Assembly (NCBI GenBank): GCA_963795855.1
Contig: CAWCIZ010000001.1
Span: 192,001-256,000 of the forward strand
Length of the DNA: 64,000 bases
Reading direction: 5' to 3'
Origin: Vulcanimicrobiota bacterium
GTDB taxonomy: Bacteria > Vulcanimicrobiota > Vulcanimicrobiia > Vulcanimicrobiales > Vulcanimicrobiaceae
Shown: positions 32,561 through 42,481 of the stretch, one piece after another
Layout of the letters: every line of letters begins with the position of its first letter
Position numbering within the stretch: position 1 is the stretch's first letter
Notes under the pieces: generated by a model
Seen by the model: the letters and a program-made list of their open reading frames with translations, nothing else
Database searches by the model: none
Told to the model about the DNA's origin: nothing
Program-made: the position numbers and the translations under genes

Positions 32561-33405
32561 GTTCCTTCGGGAAATTTGCCGTCGCGCACGTCGCCGGCGT
32601 ATGCGCGGAGCGCTTCGGTCGCGACGTTGCCGATCTGCGCGTATTGCTTGACGAAACTCGGGGGGTTTGGATACATGCCGAGCACGTCGTAGAGCACGAG
32701 CACTTGCGAATCGCAGTGCGGTCCCGATCCGATGCCTATCGTGGGGATCGAAAGCGCTTGCGTAATTTCGCGCGCTACGGCGTGATCGATCACCTCGAGC
32801 ACGATCGCATAGGCGCCCGCGGCTTCAACGGCTCTCGCATCGGCGAGCAGCCGTTCGCGGTTGCTGCGAATTTTGTATCCTGGTCCCAGGCCCGCGGTTT
32901 GCGGCATGATGCCGATGTGTCCGACGACGGGAATGCCGGCGCCGTAGATTGCGCGGATGCGATGCGCGACTTCCGTGCCGCCTTCCATTTTGACCGAACA
33001 CGCGCCGCCTTCTTTCACCAAACGAATGGCGCTGCGGATCGCGTCTTCATCGCTTACTTGATAAGAACCGAACGGCATGTCGACCATCACGTGCGCGTGC
33101 GCGGTGCCGCGGCATACCGCCTGCGCGTGATGAATCATGTCGTCGAGCGTGACCGGCGTGGTTTCATCGTGCCCCAGCACGACGTTCCCGAGGCTGTCGC
33201 CGACCAGGATCACGTCGATGCCCGCCAGTTCCGCGAATTCGGCGAACGGCGCGTCGTACGCGGTCACGATTGGAAAAAGCGTCTTGCCTTTGCGGCGTTT
33301 GATCGCTCCGGCGGTCACGCGCCGAAGCGTGCGCTTTTCCGGGACGTACGGGCGCGAGTCGTGGCCGTCCGAGGCATGCCGCCCGCGAGGTGAAACCGTG
33401 CTCAC
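32557..33405 (-). CDS. panB: 3-methyl-2-oxobutanoate hydroxymethyltransferase
   Basis: TAYDA, LVGDSLG, DMPFGSY, KMEGG, GHIGIMPQ, IGIGSG. Confidence 0.96.
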   Translation of the reverse strand: MSTVSPRGRHASDGHDSRPYVPEKRTLRRVTAGAIKRRKGKTLFPIVTAYDAPFAEFAELAGIDVILVGDSLGNVVLGHDETTPVTLDDMIHHAQAVCRGTAHAHVMVDMPFGSYQVSDEDAIRSAIRLVKEGGACSVKMEGGTEVAHRIRAIYGAGIPVVGHIGIMPQTAGLGPGYKIRSNRERLLADARAVEAAGAYAIVLEVIDHAVAREITQALSIPTIGIGSGPHCDSQVLVLYDVLGMYPNPPSFVKQYAQIGNVATEALRAYAGDVRDGKFPEGT

Positions 33406-33548
33406 ACGCTGAGCCTTCTGCGCTGCCCGGTAAAGGCCCCCGGGCAGTGACGCTAAGCATTTCCTTACGGCGGGGGAGGCACCGGCTTAACCATCGCGGG
33501 CGTATACTTGCCTCACCACCACCCGCTTAGAGCAAGAAGGGTATTCGT

Positions 33549-34100
33549 ATGTTGCTTCTCCGCGCGGCCGCTCTCGCAGTGGCTGCATCGTTATTATCAT
33601 CGGCCGGCGTTTTCGCACAGGTCGAAAGCACGCCGATTCCGATGAGCCCGAAACCGGACTTTTCGAAGCTGTCCTACATGTCCGGCAACGTGCGCTGCAG
33701 CGTCAAGAGTTCGAGGCGTCCCAGCGCATATATAACCACTTCCACGTCGAACGTCAGCAGCGACGGGTATTGGATGACCGTGCGAAGCACGACGCACAAG
33801 GCGTCTTGGATTCCCCGGGAACTCACGAGCGTGGACCGCGTGACGTACGATCCGTCCACGTCGCGTTGGGTCGACATCAACACCGACGACGAAGGCGGCT
33901 ACAACGTGAGCACGTCGCCGGGTTGGCGCGGCAACACCATCACCTGGACCGACGCCGTGATTACGAAAGCCAATGCGACTGCATCGACGAGTCCTACCGT
34001 CGTCACGAAGGTGAACGATTCCAGAAGCACCGCGAAGTCGTCGTTCAGAGAACCGTCGGGACGCATGGTCACGGTCTCGACTGTCTGTACGAAATCTTAG
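33549..34100 (+). CDS. Secreted hypothetical protein (beta-rich)
   Basis: Signal peptide, plausible RBS, followed by a terminator. Confidence 0.7.
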   Translation: MLLLRAAALAVAASLLSSAGVFAQVESTPIPMSPKPDFSKLSYMSGNVRCSVKSSRRPSAYITTSTSNVSSDGYWMTVRSTTHKASWIPRELTSVDRVTYDPSTSRWVDINTDDEGGYNVSTSPGWRGNTITWTDAVITKANATASTSPTVVTKVNDSRSTAKSSFREPSGRMVTVSTVCTKS

Positions 34101-34104
34101 ACCA

Positions 34105-34135
34105 TAAAAGGCCCCGCATTCGCGGGGCCTTTTTT
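34105..34135. terminator. Intrinsic (likely bidirectional) terminator
   Basis: AAAAGGCCCCGC-ATTC-GCGGGGCCTTTTTT between convergent genes. Confidence 0.85.
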
Positions 34136-34148
34136 CCGGACGAGCCCG

Positions 34149-35681
34149 CTAGACGCCCGCCGTTTTCTTCGCCGTTCCGTTCGCGTGGATCACCGGCGAA
34201 CCCGCGAGCTGTTCGACGAGTGAGAGGAACGCGCGCACCGGCGTGCCGGTCGGGCCTTTGGCTTGCCATGACGATTCACCCTCGAGATAGGCGGTGCCGG
34301 CGATGTCGAGGTGAATCCACGGAGTTTCGTCCACGAACGCTTTGAGAAACGCCGAGGCGGTCAGCGTTCCGGCCGGCCTTCCGCCGGTGTTCTTCAAGTC
34401 GGCGATGTCGCTCTTCATTTGGTTCGTGTAGTCTTCGTAGAGCGGCATGTGCCAATAGCGCTCGCCGGTCGGTTTGGCCGCGCCCAGGAATTGCTGGACG
34501 AAGTCGTCGTTGTTGCTGACGGCAGCGCTGGCCGCATGGCCGAGCGCGATGACGCACGCGCCGGTCAGCGTTGCAGCGTCCACGATTCTGCTCGCGCCGA
34601 CTTTGTTCGCGTAGCAGAGTGCGTCCGCGAGAATCAACCGCCCTTCGGCGTCGGTGTTGATCACTTCGATCGTCTTGCCGTTCATCGCGGTGAAGATGTC
34701 GCCGGGTTTCGTCGCCCTGCCGCCGGGCATGTTTTCCGTCGCGGGAACGATGCCGACGACGTTGAGTTTGGGTTTCAACTTTCCGATTGCGGTCATTGCC
34801 GCAATGACGCCCGCGCCGCCCGACATGTCGTACTTCATCTCTTCCATGCGCTCGGCCGGCTTGATCGAGATGCCGCCGCTGTCGAACGTGATGCCTTTGC
34901 CGACGAGCGCGAGCAGCTCTTTGTTTCCAGGATCGCCGGTATACTTGAGGACGATGAATTTTGGCGGCTGCGAGCTGCCTTGAGCCACCGAAAGAAACGA
35001 TCCCATGCCTTCCTTGCGACAGCGGTCTTCATCGAAAACGTCGACTTCCAAGCCGCTCTCTTTTGCGGCTTTCGTCGCCTCGTCGGCAAGACGCGTCGGC
35101 GTCATGTCGTTGGCCGGCGTGATGGCCAAGCGGCGCGCGAAGTTCACCGCGTCGCCCAGAATTTGTCCGCGGTCCGCGCCTTTGCGAAGCGCCGCTTCGT
35201 CGAAACCTTGCGCTAAGATCGTAACCTTTTCGGCCCCGCTGCGCTTGTCGGGATCTTTCTGGTACAGCGTGGTATCGAACGCGCCCGCCGTCGCGCCTTC
35301 AATCAAGAACGAAGCGCAAGCGGTTTCGTCGCCTTTTGCTTGCTGGGGAAGCGCGAACGCAACGTCGCGCACGTTCTTGCGCCCGAGGTGCCGCACGGCG
35401 GTACCGGCGTAACGCGCGAGCATCCACGGCTCGAATTTGGAAGCTTCGCCCAATCCGATCAGCAGAACGCGGTTGTACGGCTTGCCGTGCGCGTGGACCA
35501 AACTCGATTCGCAGAGTTTGCCTTTGATCTCGCCCGAGGAAAGTACCTCGGCAACGGCGCCGTTCAATTCGCCGTCGATGCTCTTTGCGACGCCCTCCAG
35601 CGCAGCGCCCGAGAACACAGGGACTACCAGCGCTCCGATGCTGCCCGGCGCATCGGTAACGATACGAACTTGCATGGTCAA
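34149..35681 (-). CDS. pepA: Leucyl aminopeptidase (M17)
   Basis: VGKGITFDSGG, MKYDMSG, NTDAEGRL, ATLTGA, HLDIAG. Confidence 0.95.
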   Translation of the reverse strand: MTMQVRIVTDAPGSIGALVVPVFSGAALEGVAKSIDGELNGAVAEVLSSGEIKGKLCESSLVHAHGKPYNRVLLIGLGEASKFEPWMLARYAGTAVRHLGRKNVRDVAFALPQQAKGDETACASFLIEGATAGAFDTTLYQKDPDKRSGAEKVTILAQGFDEAALRKGADRGQILGDAVNFARRLAITPANDMTPTRLADEATKAAKESGLEVDVFDEDRCRKEGMGSFLSVAQGSSQPPKFIVLKYTGDPGNKELLALVGKGITFDSGGISIKPAERMEEMKYDMSGGAGVIAAMTAIGKLKPKLNVVGIVPATENMPGGRATKPGDIFTAMNGKTIEVINTDAEGRLILADALCYANKVGASRIVDAATLTGACVIALGHAASAAVSNNDDFVQQFLGAAKPTGERYWHMPLYEDYTNQMKSDIADLKNTGGRPAGTLTASAFLKAFVDETPWIHLDIAGTAYLEGESSWQAKGPTGTPVRAFLSLVEQLAGSPVIHANGTAKKTAGV

Positions 35682-35776
35682 CCTTTCGATAGGGTGAAAC
35701 GTAAGGGCCGTGATGGCAGACCGACTGTTTTATCGCCTCGTGCTACCCGGCCCTCCGGGCCGAGCGGGAGGCCGCG

Positions 35777-36796
35777 TTGTCTAAGGACGCGTATGCGGCC
35801 GCCGGGGTCGACATCGCTGCCGGAAACGAGGCAGTGGCGCGCTACAAGGACGTCACCCAAGCATGGCGGCATCCGCTGCAGCTCGATGCGATAGGCGGCT
35901 TCGGCGGCCTTTTTCGCGTCCCCGGCGATGAAGGACGGGCGCTCGTCGCTTCTGCGGACGGCGTCGGCACGAAAATCCTGATTGCCGCTCGGATGCGGCG
36001 GTACGGCACGGTGGGCGCCGACCTGGTCAATCATTGCGTGAACGACATTTTGGTGGTCAATGCATCGCCGTTGTTCTTCCTCGACTATCTCGCGGTCGGA
36101 AAGCTCGATCCGGCCATGGCGGCGGAGGTAGTGCGCGGCTGCTTTGAGGCGTGCCGCGAAAACGCGTGCGCGCTGCTGGGCGGGGAAACGGCCGAGATGC
36201 CCGGGCTGTATACGCCCGGCGATTTCGATCTGGCCGGCACGATCGTCGGCATCGTCGAGACGGCGGACGTGCCGGATCCGCGCAGCGTTCGAGCGGGAGA
36301 TGCCGTCGTCGGCTTGCCGTCGATCGGACTGCACACGAACGGCTACACGTTGGCGCGCAAACTGATTCCGGAAGACGAGTACGACGCACCGTTTGCAGAA
36401 ACGACGTACGGCGATGCGTTGCTGGCGATCCATCCGTCGTACTACGCGGAGGTGCGTGCAATACAGAAAGTCGCGAGCGTAAAAGTGATGGCGCACATCA
36501 CCGGCGGCGGTCTGCTCGAGAACGTGCCGCGTACGCTTCCGACCAACGTCAAAGCCGTGTTCGAGCAATCGCGCTGGCAGGTTCCACCGATCGTTCTCGA
36601 ATTGTGCGCCCGCGGCAACCTGCAGCACGAGGAGAAGTACCGGACGTTCAACATGGGGATCGGCTACACGCTGGTCGTGCCGCTCGCCGACGCCGCGAAA
36701 GCGGTGCAAGCCGTGCCCGGCGCCAAAATCATCGGCTGGATCGAAGCGCGCGTCGAAGGAGAAGCGCAAGTCGTCGTTCATCCGGCGCGCAGTTGA
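35777..36796 (+). CDS. purM: Phosphoribosylformylglycinamidine cyclo-ligase
   Basis: YAAAGVDI, IGGFGG, DGVGTK, GGETAEMP, GLHTNGY, HITGGG, FNMGIG. Confidence 0.96.
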   Translation: MSKDAYAAAGVDIAAGNEAVARYKDVTQAWRHPLQLDAIGGFGGLFRVPGDEGRALVASADGVGTKILIAARMRRYGTVGADLVNHCVNDILVVNASPLFFLDYLAVGKLDPAMAAEVVRGCFEACRENACALLGGETAEMPGLYTPGDFDLAGTIVGIVETADVPDPRSVRAGDAVVGLPSIGLHTNGYTLARKLIPEDEYDAPFAETTYGDALLAIHPSYYAEVRAIQKVASVKVMAHITGGGLLENVPRTLPTNVKAVFEQSRWQVPPIVLELCARGNLQHEEKYRTFNMGIGYTLVVPLADAAKAVQAVPGAKIIGWIEARVEGEAQVVVHPARS

Positions 36797-37929
36797 TGGA
36801 CGATCTGGTCAATCTGCTCGTCGATCTGCAGAGTGCGCAGTTCGACGAGGATGCGCTTGCGCGCGCGCTCCGCGGCATCGAGAGCGCGGGCTTTTCCGTG
36901 CAGCGCGCCGCGCCGGGGAACGAAGCGTACCTCGCGTGGATCGACCTGGAATTCGGCGGGACCTGGAGTTCCGAAGCGTTCGCGGGGAAAAGCGTCATCG
37001 CTGCTTCCGGCAATGGCTTCGCGGGGTTCGCTGCGTACGATCCGCGCGGTTTGCGTTTCTCGTGGCTGCGCGGTTTGGGCGCGCAGCCGGGCGTCGGCGT
37101 CTTCGGACCGTTCGGCGTCGCACCGGAGATGCGCGGTTCGCCCATCGGTCCGCATCTGCTCGTCGCGGCGCTCGCCTCGCTCCGTGAAGCGGGCTATACG
37201 CAGGCGCTCATTCCGGCCGTGGGTCACGAGAAGCTCGTCGAGTATTACGGCAAACATGCGGGCGCGCGCATCGCCGAACGATTCAAAAAAACGCAGTGGC
37301 GCGCGCGCAAACACCGCACGGTCGTGCTGGCTTCCGGAAGCGGCACGAATTTCCAATCCGTGATCGACGGCGTTGCCGCAGGAACCCTACCGTTGGATCC
37401 GGCGCTCCTCGTCACCAATAAAAGCAGCGCGTATGCGCTCGAACGCGCACGCGCGGCGGGCGTCCCGGCGGTCGCACTGCCGTGGGACCGTAACGCGCAA
37501 TCGCGCTCGCTTTACGATGCGTCGCTCTACGAACTCGTGCAGCGGCAAGAGCCGGAATTGCTGCTGCTGCTGGGTTGGATGCACGTGCTGCCCGATCGCT
37601 TCGTCGCAGCGTTTCCACAGACGATCAACATTCATCCGGCGTACCTGCCGCTGGATCAGCGAAGCGACGAGGTCGGATTTCCGGACGGCTCCGTCACGCC
37701 GGCATTCCGGGGCGCGTACGCAGTTCGCGATGCAATCGCGTGGGGAAGCCGCTGGGCCGGCGCGTCGTCGCATTTGGTGACGCTCGAAGCCGATCGCGGT
37801 CCGGTGCTGGTACGCAAACCGCTCGTGCTTTTGCCGGGCGAATCGCAAGAAGCGGTCATGCAGCGTCTGCACCCGCTCGAACATCGCGTGCTCGCCGGCG
37901 GAATCATGCGCTGGGTGTACGAGCGCTGA
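36796..37929 (+). CDS. purN: GNAT domain fused to phosphoribosylglycinamide formyltransferase (PurN)
   Basis: N-half: FGPFGVAPEMRGSPIG, EYY (GNAT). C-half: VLASGSGTNFQ, LLGWMHVL, INIHPAYLP, HLVT..ADRGP, EH. Translationally coupled to purM. Confidence 0.85.
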   Translation: MDDLVNLLVDLQSAQFDEDALARALRGIESAGFSVQRAAPGNEAYLAWIDLEFGGTWSSEAFAGKSVIAASGNGFAGFAAYDPRGLRFSWLRGLGAQPGVGVFGPFGVAPEMRGSPIGPHLLVAALASLREAGYTQALIPAVGHEKLVEYYGKHAGARIAERFKKTQWRARKHRTVVLASGSGTNFQSVIDGVAAGTLPLDPALLVTNKSSAYALERARAAGVPAVALPWDRNAQSRSLYDASLYELVQRQEPELLLLLGWMHVLPDRFVAAFPQTINIHPAYLPLDQRSDEVGFPDGSVTPAFRGAYAVRDAIAWGSRWAGASSHLVTLEADRGPVLVRKPLVLLPGESQEAVMQRLHPLEHRVLAGGIMRWVYER

Positions 37930-37933
37930 GGTT

Positions 37934-38764
37934 TTAGATCGTCCCGCGGTAAAAGCGCGCTTTGAGGTCCGCGAAACGCGGCGAGAGCGCGACGAAATTC
38001 GAATATTCGAAATACTCTTCGTACAAGCCGTAATTCAGCGAGTACAAGCCGTCGCGCTTGAGAACGAACACTTCATAGCCGCAGCGCTGCAAAAAACTCA
38101 TCGCGGCGTACAGCGTGTCGCCGGCGAGCTGCCAACTGCGGTTGTATTCGAATTGCACCGCGCCGACGCGTCCGGCCTCGAGATGACGGCGCGCACCGAT
38201 CAGCACGCGCATGTCGTAGCCTTCCGCGTCGATCTTGAGCAAGTCGACGCGCTCCCAGCCCGCTGCGGCGATCTCGTCGTCCAAGCGCACGACGTCGACG
38301 GTGCGTTTGAATCCCGCGCCCGCGCCGAACCCGGAAACGATCGAACTCCCTTTGCCGGCTTCATATTCTTCGAAAAACTCGAGCTGCGCGGTTTGGTCGC
38401 CGGCCGCGCAGTTCTTCAGCGTGACGTTGGCGTTGCCGCCGAAGCGCTGCGAGAGGCGCGCGAATGCGCTGGAAGACGGTTCGTACGCGAGGGCGGAAAA
38501 CGGCTCGCCGGCCCGCAGTAGCGCAATCGAGGCCAGCCAGTCGCCGACGTTCGCGCCGACGTCCACGACGTACGCGCACTCCGCGGCCAGCGCTTGACGC
38601 AGCCACACCTCGCCCGTTTCGTTTACGTCCGGGCTTTCTGCCAGGCGGTATTTGATGATGCAGCGGCACTGGTTGCGGACGAGCACGGCAAGACGCACGA
38701 GGGCCGGAGAATGCGCGACCGCTCGCTGCGCTCGATCTGCCCAGCGAAGGAAGTACCGCTTCAT
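37934..38764 (-). CDS. FkbM-family methyltransferase
   Basis: VDVGANVG, YEP, VRLDD, LLKIDAEGYD. Confidence 0.88.
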   Translation of the reverse strand: MKRYFLRWADRAQRAVAHSPALVRLAVLVRNQCRCIIKYRLAESPDVNETGEVWLRQALAAECAYVVDVGANVGDWLASIALLRAGEPFSALAYEPSSSAFARLSQRFGGNANVTLKNCAAGDQTAQLEFFEEYEAGKGSSIVSGFGAGAGFKRTVDVVRLDDEIAAAGWERVDLLKIDAEGYDMRVLIGARRHLEAGRVGAVQFEYNRSWQLAGDTLYAAMSFLQRCGYEVFVLKRDGLYSLNYGLYEEYFEYSNFVALSPRFADLKARFYRGTI

Positions 38765-38865
38765 GTCCTAGCCGTCTCGACTAGGTCCGCGCAATTCCTG
38801 CCGGTGGGAAAGCTTCGATGGGAAGCGAAGAAGCGCAGACCTTCTCGTCGATGGGGTGTCCACGG

Positions 38866-41499
38866 TTGAAACGTTTGGCTTTATTGATAAGCGCCCTTGG
38901 GGTTTTTCTATTCCCCGCGGCGGCGCATGCCGCGCAGCCTGCGGCGCCTCAGGCGGCGCACGGTCCGGCATCATCCGAGGGCAGCTCGCTCGTGCCGTAT
39001 TCGAAATTCACGGAAGGTGCGACCGCGCAGCGCGGATTGTTCACGATCTGGCGTAAAGACGGCAACGTCGCGATCGAACTGCGTCCCGATCAATTCAACA
39101 CCGACTACGTCGAACTCGGCGTTCCGGTGAACGGCATCGGCAGCGGCGGCATCTTCTCCGGCATCACCGATCTGCAGAACTGCCGCATCATGCGGTTCGT
39201 GAAGCAAGACGATCGCGTTGCACTGCTTTTCCCCACGACGCGCTTTCTGGCCGCGCCGAATTCGCCCGAAGCCAATGCGGTCGCCGCAGGCACCGCAAAC
39301 ACCGTAGCGGGCGTAGCGAAGGTACTCTCGGTCGATGACGCGACGGGAGACGTCGTCTTCGACGCGTCTCCGCTGCTGCAAGACATCACGGACGTAGCCG
39401 ACGTTCTCACGCAGCTCAACGGCGGGCGCCAACTGAATCCGATGGGCAGCTACCGGTTGGATTCGATGCAGACGTACTTCGGAACGACGAAATCATTTCC
39501 GGACAACGTCGTGCTCGTGGCAAACCAAACGTTCAGCACGATGAATCCGCAGTACATCGACGCCGTGCCGGACGGACGCAACATCCAAATCCAGCTGCAG
39601 TACAACATCGCGGCGCTTCCGCAAAACGACGGCTATATGCCGCGCTACTACGACGATCGCGTCGGCTATTTCGTCAACTCGCATCAAGACTTCAGCACCG
39701 ACGACACCTTCGACAAAGACGCCAACTACATCGTGCGCTGGAACGTTCAGGCTTCGGATCCGTCCAAGCGCGTCTCGCCGGCCAAAACGCCGATCGTGTA
39801 CTATTTGAGCGACACCATTCCGGTGCGTTACCGTCCCGCGATTCGCAAGGCGCTGCTGACCTGGAACAAGGCGTTTCTGCCGCTCGGCATCTCCGACGCG
39901 GTCGAAGTCAAAGATCAGCCCAACGATCCGAATTTCGATCCCGACGACATCCGGTACAACGTGATCCGCTGGCTTACCGAAGAGCAAGGCGGATTCGCCG
40001 AAGCGCAGCTGCTCTATAACCCGTATACGGGCGAGATGATCAAGAGCGGCGTCGTCATCGACAGCGATCTCATGCGCTACGGCAAGTTCGACTATCCGGT
40101 GCTCGTGCAGCCGCAGCACGGCACGCAAGCGCTGCGAGCCCGCATGGCAAGCGAATACACCCAAGGCGAGCGCGCGCAGTTCTCGTACGGCATGGCGGCG
40201 CTTTCGATCATGTCGGGGCAAAACGGCTACTACGTTCCGGACAAGTTCGCCAACGAGTTCCTGGAATCGATCGTTTTGCACGAGTCCGGGCACGATTTCG
40301 GGCTGCGTCACAACTACATCGGGTCGGAAGCGTACACGGCGGCGCAGCTGCGCAGCCCAGCGTTTACGCAGCGTTACGGCGTCGCGACCTCCGTCATGGA
40401 GTATTCGCCGATGAACCTTTGGCCGAAGGGCCAAGGGCAGGGCGAGTACTTCCAAACGGTGCTCGGCCCGTACGACTACTACGTCATTCATTGGGGATAC
40501 GCGCGCATTCCGGGCGCTAAGTCGCCCGACATGGAGCGTTCCACGCTCAGCCATTGGGCCGCGCAGTGGAACAATCCGCACGACGCGTGGTCGTCCGATG
40601 AAGATACGGACTGGTACAGCGGTGCGGCCGTCGATCCGCGCAATCAGCAATGGGATCTGACGAACGACAACATCGCCTGGTGCCGGACGCAGATGAAGAT
40701 GGATCACGACCTCATCGGCAAGGTGGACAGCCGTTTCCCGCGCGCCGAAGGTTCGTTCGACGACCTGCGCATGGCGTTTGGCTCGCTCGTCGGCCAGTAC
40801 GGCCGGTGCGCGCAAATCGTCGGCCGCTACATCGGCGGCGAGTACGTCTCGCGCTCCAAGCGCGGCGACGGGCGCACGGCGATGCCGCTTTCGCCCATTC
40901 CGAAGAGCGAACAGCTGCGTGCGTTCAAGGTGCTGGAATCGAACCTGTTTTCGGCGCAGGCGTGGAACTTCTCGCCGCAACTGCTGCGTCAGGCCGTCAC
41001 GCAATACCGCTACGACGATTGGAACGGAAATCTGCCGCTGCGGCACGACATCGCCGTCGAACAGATTGCCGCGCGATATCAATACATGTCGCTCGTCCGC
41101 ATGTTCGCACCCGTAACGCTGCAGCGTCTCGACGACATGCAATACAAGTACGGAGAGGGCAAGACGATGGATCTTGCGGATCTGTTCACGTGGATGCAGT
41201 CGGCGGTGTACGACGACGTTTCGCACCCGAAGCACGGAAACATTCCGCTGGTTCGGCGGAACCTGCAGCGCAACTACGCCGCGCTGCTCTCCGAACTGGC
41301 CGCGCAGCCGCAACCCGGAACGCCGCAAGATGCGCAAGCGCTCGCGCGGTACGAGCTCGCGGCGCTGCACGGACAAATTCAGAGTTCGCTCCGTTCGAAC
41401 ACGCTGGATTTGATCACGAAAGCGCATTTGGCATCGCTCGACGACGACGTCCAGCGCACGCTTCATTCCCAGGCGGTGATTCCGGCCGGGCGGATGTAA
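38866..41499 (+). CDS. Secreted zinc-dependent metalloprotease (DUF5117/DUF4953, EcxA-like)
   Basis: Signal peptide; PRYYDDRVGYF, WNKAF, DIRYN, HESGHDFGLRHN, SVMEY, GPYD. Confidence 0.88.
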   Translation: MKRLALLISALGVFLFPAAAHAAQPAAPQAAHGPASSEGSSLVPYSKFTEGATAQRGLFTIWRKDGNVAIELRPDQFNTDYVELGVPVNGIGSGGIFSGITDLQNCRIMRFVKQDDRVALLFPTTRFLAAPNSPEANAVAAGTANTVAGVAKVLSVDDATGDVVFDASPLLQDITDVADVLTQLNGGRQLNPMGSYRLDSMQTYFGTTKSFPDNVVLVANQTFSTMNPQYIDAVPDGRNIQIQLQYNIAALPQNDGYMPRYYDDRVGYFVNSHQDFSTDDTFDKDANYIVRWNVQASDPSKRVSPAKTPIVYYLSDTIPVRYRPAIRKALLTWNKAFLPLGISDAVEVKDQPNDPNFDPDDIRYNVIRWLTEEQGGFAEAQLLYNPYTGEMIKSGVVIDSDLMRYGKFDYPVLVQPQHGTQALRARMASEYTQGERAQFSYGMAALSIMSGQNGYYVPDKFANEFLESIVLHESGHDFGLRHNYIGSEAYTAAQLRSPAFTQRYGVATSVMEYSPMNLWPKGQGQGEYFQTVLGPYDYYVIHWGYARIPGAKSPDMERSTLSHWAAQWNNPHDAWSSDEDTDWYSGAAVDPRNQQWDLTNDNIAWCRTQMKMDHDLIGKVDSRFPRAEGSFDDLRMAFGSLVGQYGRCAQIVGRYIGGEYVSRSKRGDGRTAMPLSPIPKSEQLRAFKVLESNLFSAQAWNFSPQLLRQAVTQYRYDDWNGNLPLRHDIAVEQIAARYQYMSLVRMFAPVTLQRLDDMQYKYGEGKTMDLADLFTWMQSAVYDDVSHPKHGNIPLVRRNLQRNYAALLSELAAQPQPGTPQDAQALARYELAALHGQIQSSLRSNTLDLITKAHLASLDDDVQRTLHSQAVIPAGRM

Positions 41500-41504
41500 C
41501 GCTC

Positions 41505-41531
41505 AGGGAACCTCTGATTCAGAGGTTCCCT
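41505..41531. terminator. Hairpin at convergent gene junction
   Basis: AGGGAACCTCT-GATTC-AGAGGTTCCCT, 11-bp perfect stem. Confidence 0.55.
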
Positions 41532-42481
41532 AGAATAGACGAGAAGACGTCCGGTTCCGCAAGGAACGCGTCGTGGCCGTGATCGGATTCGATCTCCGCA
41601 TAGCGGCTGTCGTATCCGAGCGACGCAAATCGCTCGGCCGCGGCGCGAACGTCTTTGGGTAGAAAGAGCCAATCCGAACTAATGCCGACGAAGAGGAGCG
41701 ATGGCTTCGCGCCGGTCGGCCGGGCCGATCGCACGTCGAACGAGTCCATCGCTTCGGTGAGCGCGGCGTAGCAGCGCGCGTCCATCCGCGCTTCGAAGAG
41801 ATCGGCTTGATAGTCGAGGTAACCCTCGACGTCGAAGCGGAAACGCCCCTTGCGGTCCGGCCGGCGATCGTGCCGGCGTTTGAACAACGCGTCGCTCTTG
41901 TACGAGAGCATCGCGATCTTGCGCGCGATGCGCAATCCCCCGGCGGAATCCAGCGCGATCGCTTCGCGTTGAATCGAGTTGAGGGCAATGCCCATCGCCG
42001 ACTGATGGTCGTGCGAGCCGACCATGACGGCCCGTTCGACACGTTCGCCGTAATCGAGCGCCCACTGCAGCGCCTGCATACCGCCGAGCGACGCGCCGAT
42101 CGCGAGCGAAAGACGATCGACGCCGAGCCGGTCCAGCGCGCGTGCTTGCGCCGCGACGATGTCGCGCACCGTGACGTGCGGAAAATCCGGTACCGTGGCG
42201 GGACCGCTCGATCCGTAACAACTGCCCAGCGCGTTGATGCCGATGACGTACCAACGTTCGGGGTCGAGCAATTTGCCCGGACCGACCAAGCCGCCCCACC
42301 ATTCGGTGACGCGGCTGCTGCCGGTAAGCGCGTGCGCGACCAAAACCGCGGGCGAACGCGGATCGCCGTACGTGGCGATCCGCTGTTCGACCGTGTCGAG
42401 CCGGCTGCCGTTCGCGAAGGTGAACGGGCCGACGTCGACCGTGAGCTCCCGACATCGCTCCAAATCGTGCGTCACGCTCAC
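41519..42481 (-). CDS. metX: Homoserine O-acetyltransferase
   Basis: [44 protein letters not shown]. Confidence 0.92.
   Translation of the reverse strand: MSVTHDLERCRELTVDVGPFTFANGSRLDTVEQRIATYGDPRSPAVLVAHALTGSSRVTEWWGGLVGPGKLLDPERWYVIGINALGSCYGSSGPATVPDFPHVTVRDIVAAQARALDRLGVDRLSLAIGASLGGMQALQWALDYGERVERAVMVGSHDHQSAMGIALNSIQREAIALDSAGGLRIARKIAMLSYKSDALFKRRHDRRPDRKGRFRFDVEGYLDYQADLFEARMDARCYAALTEAMDSFDVRSARPTGAKPSLLFVGISSDWLFLPKDVRAAAERFASLGYDSRYAEIESDHGHDAFLAEPDVFSSILGNL

Noticed and set aside
39493..41466. Long antisense ORFs (e.g. 657 aa opposite the metalloprotease, 499 aa opposite preA)
   Set aside because: These are expected shadow ORFs in high-GC coding DNA, with no motifs.
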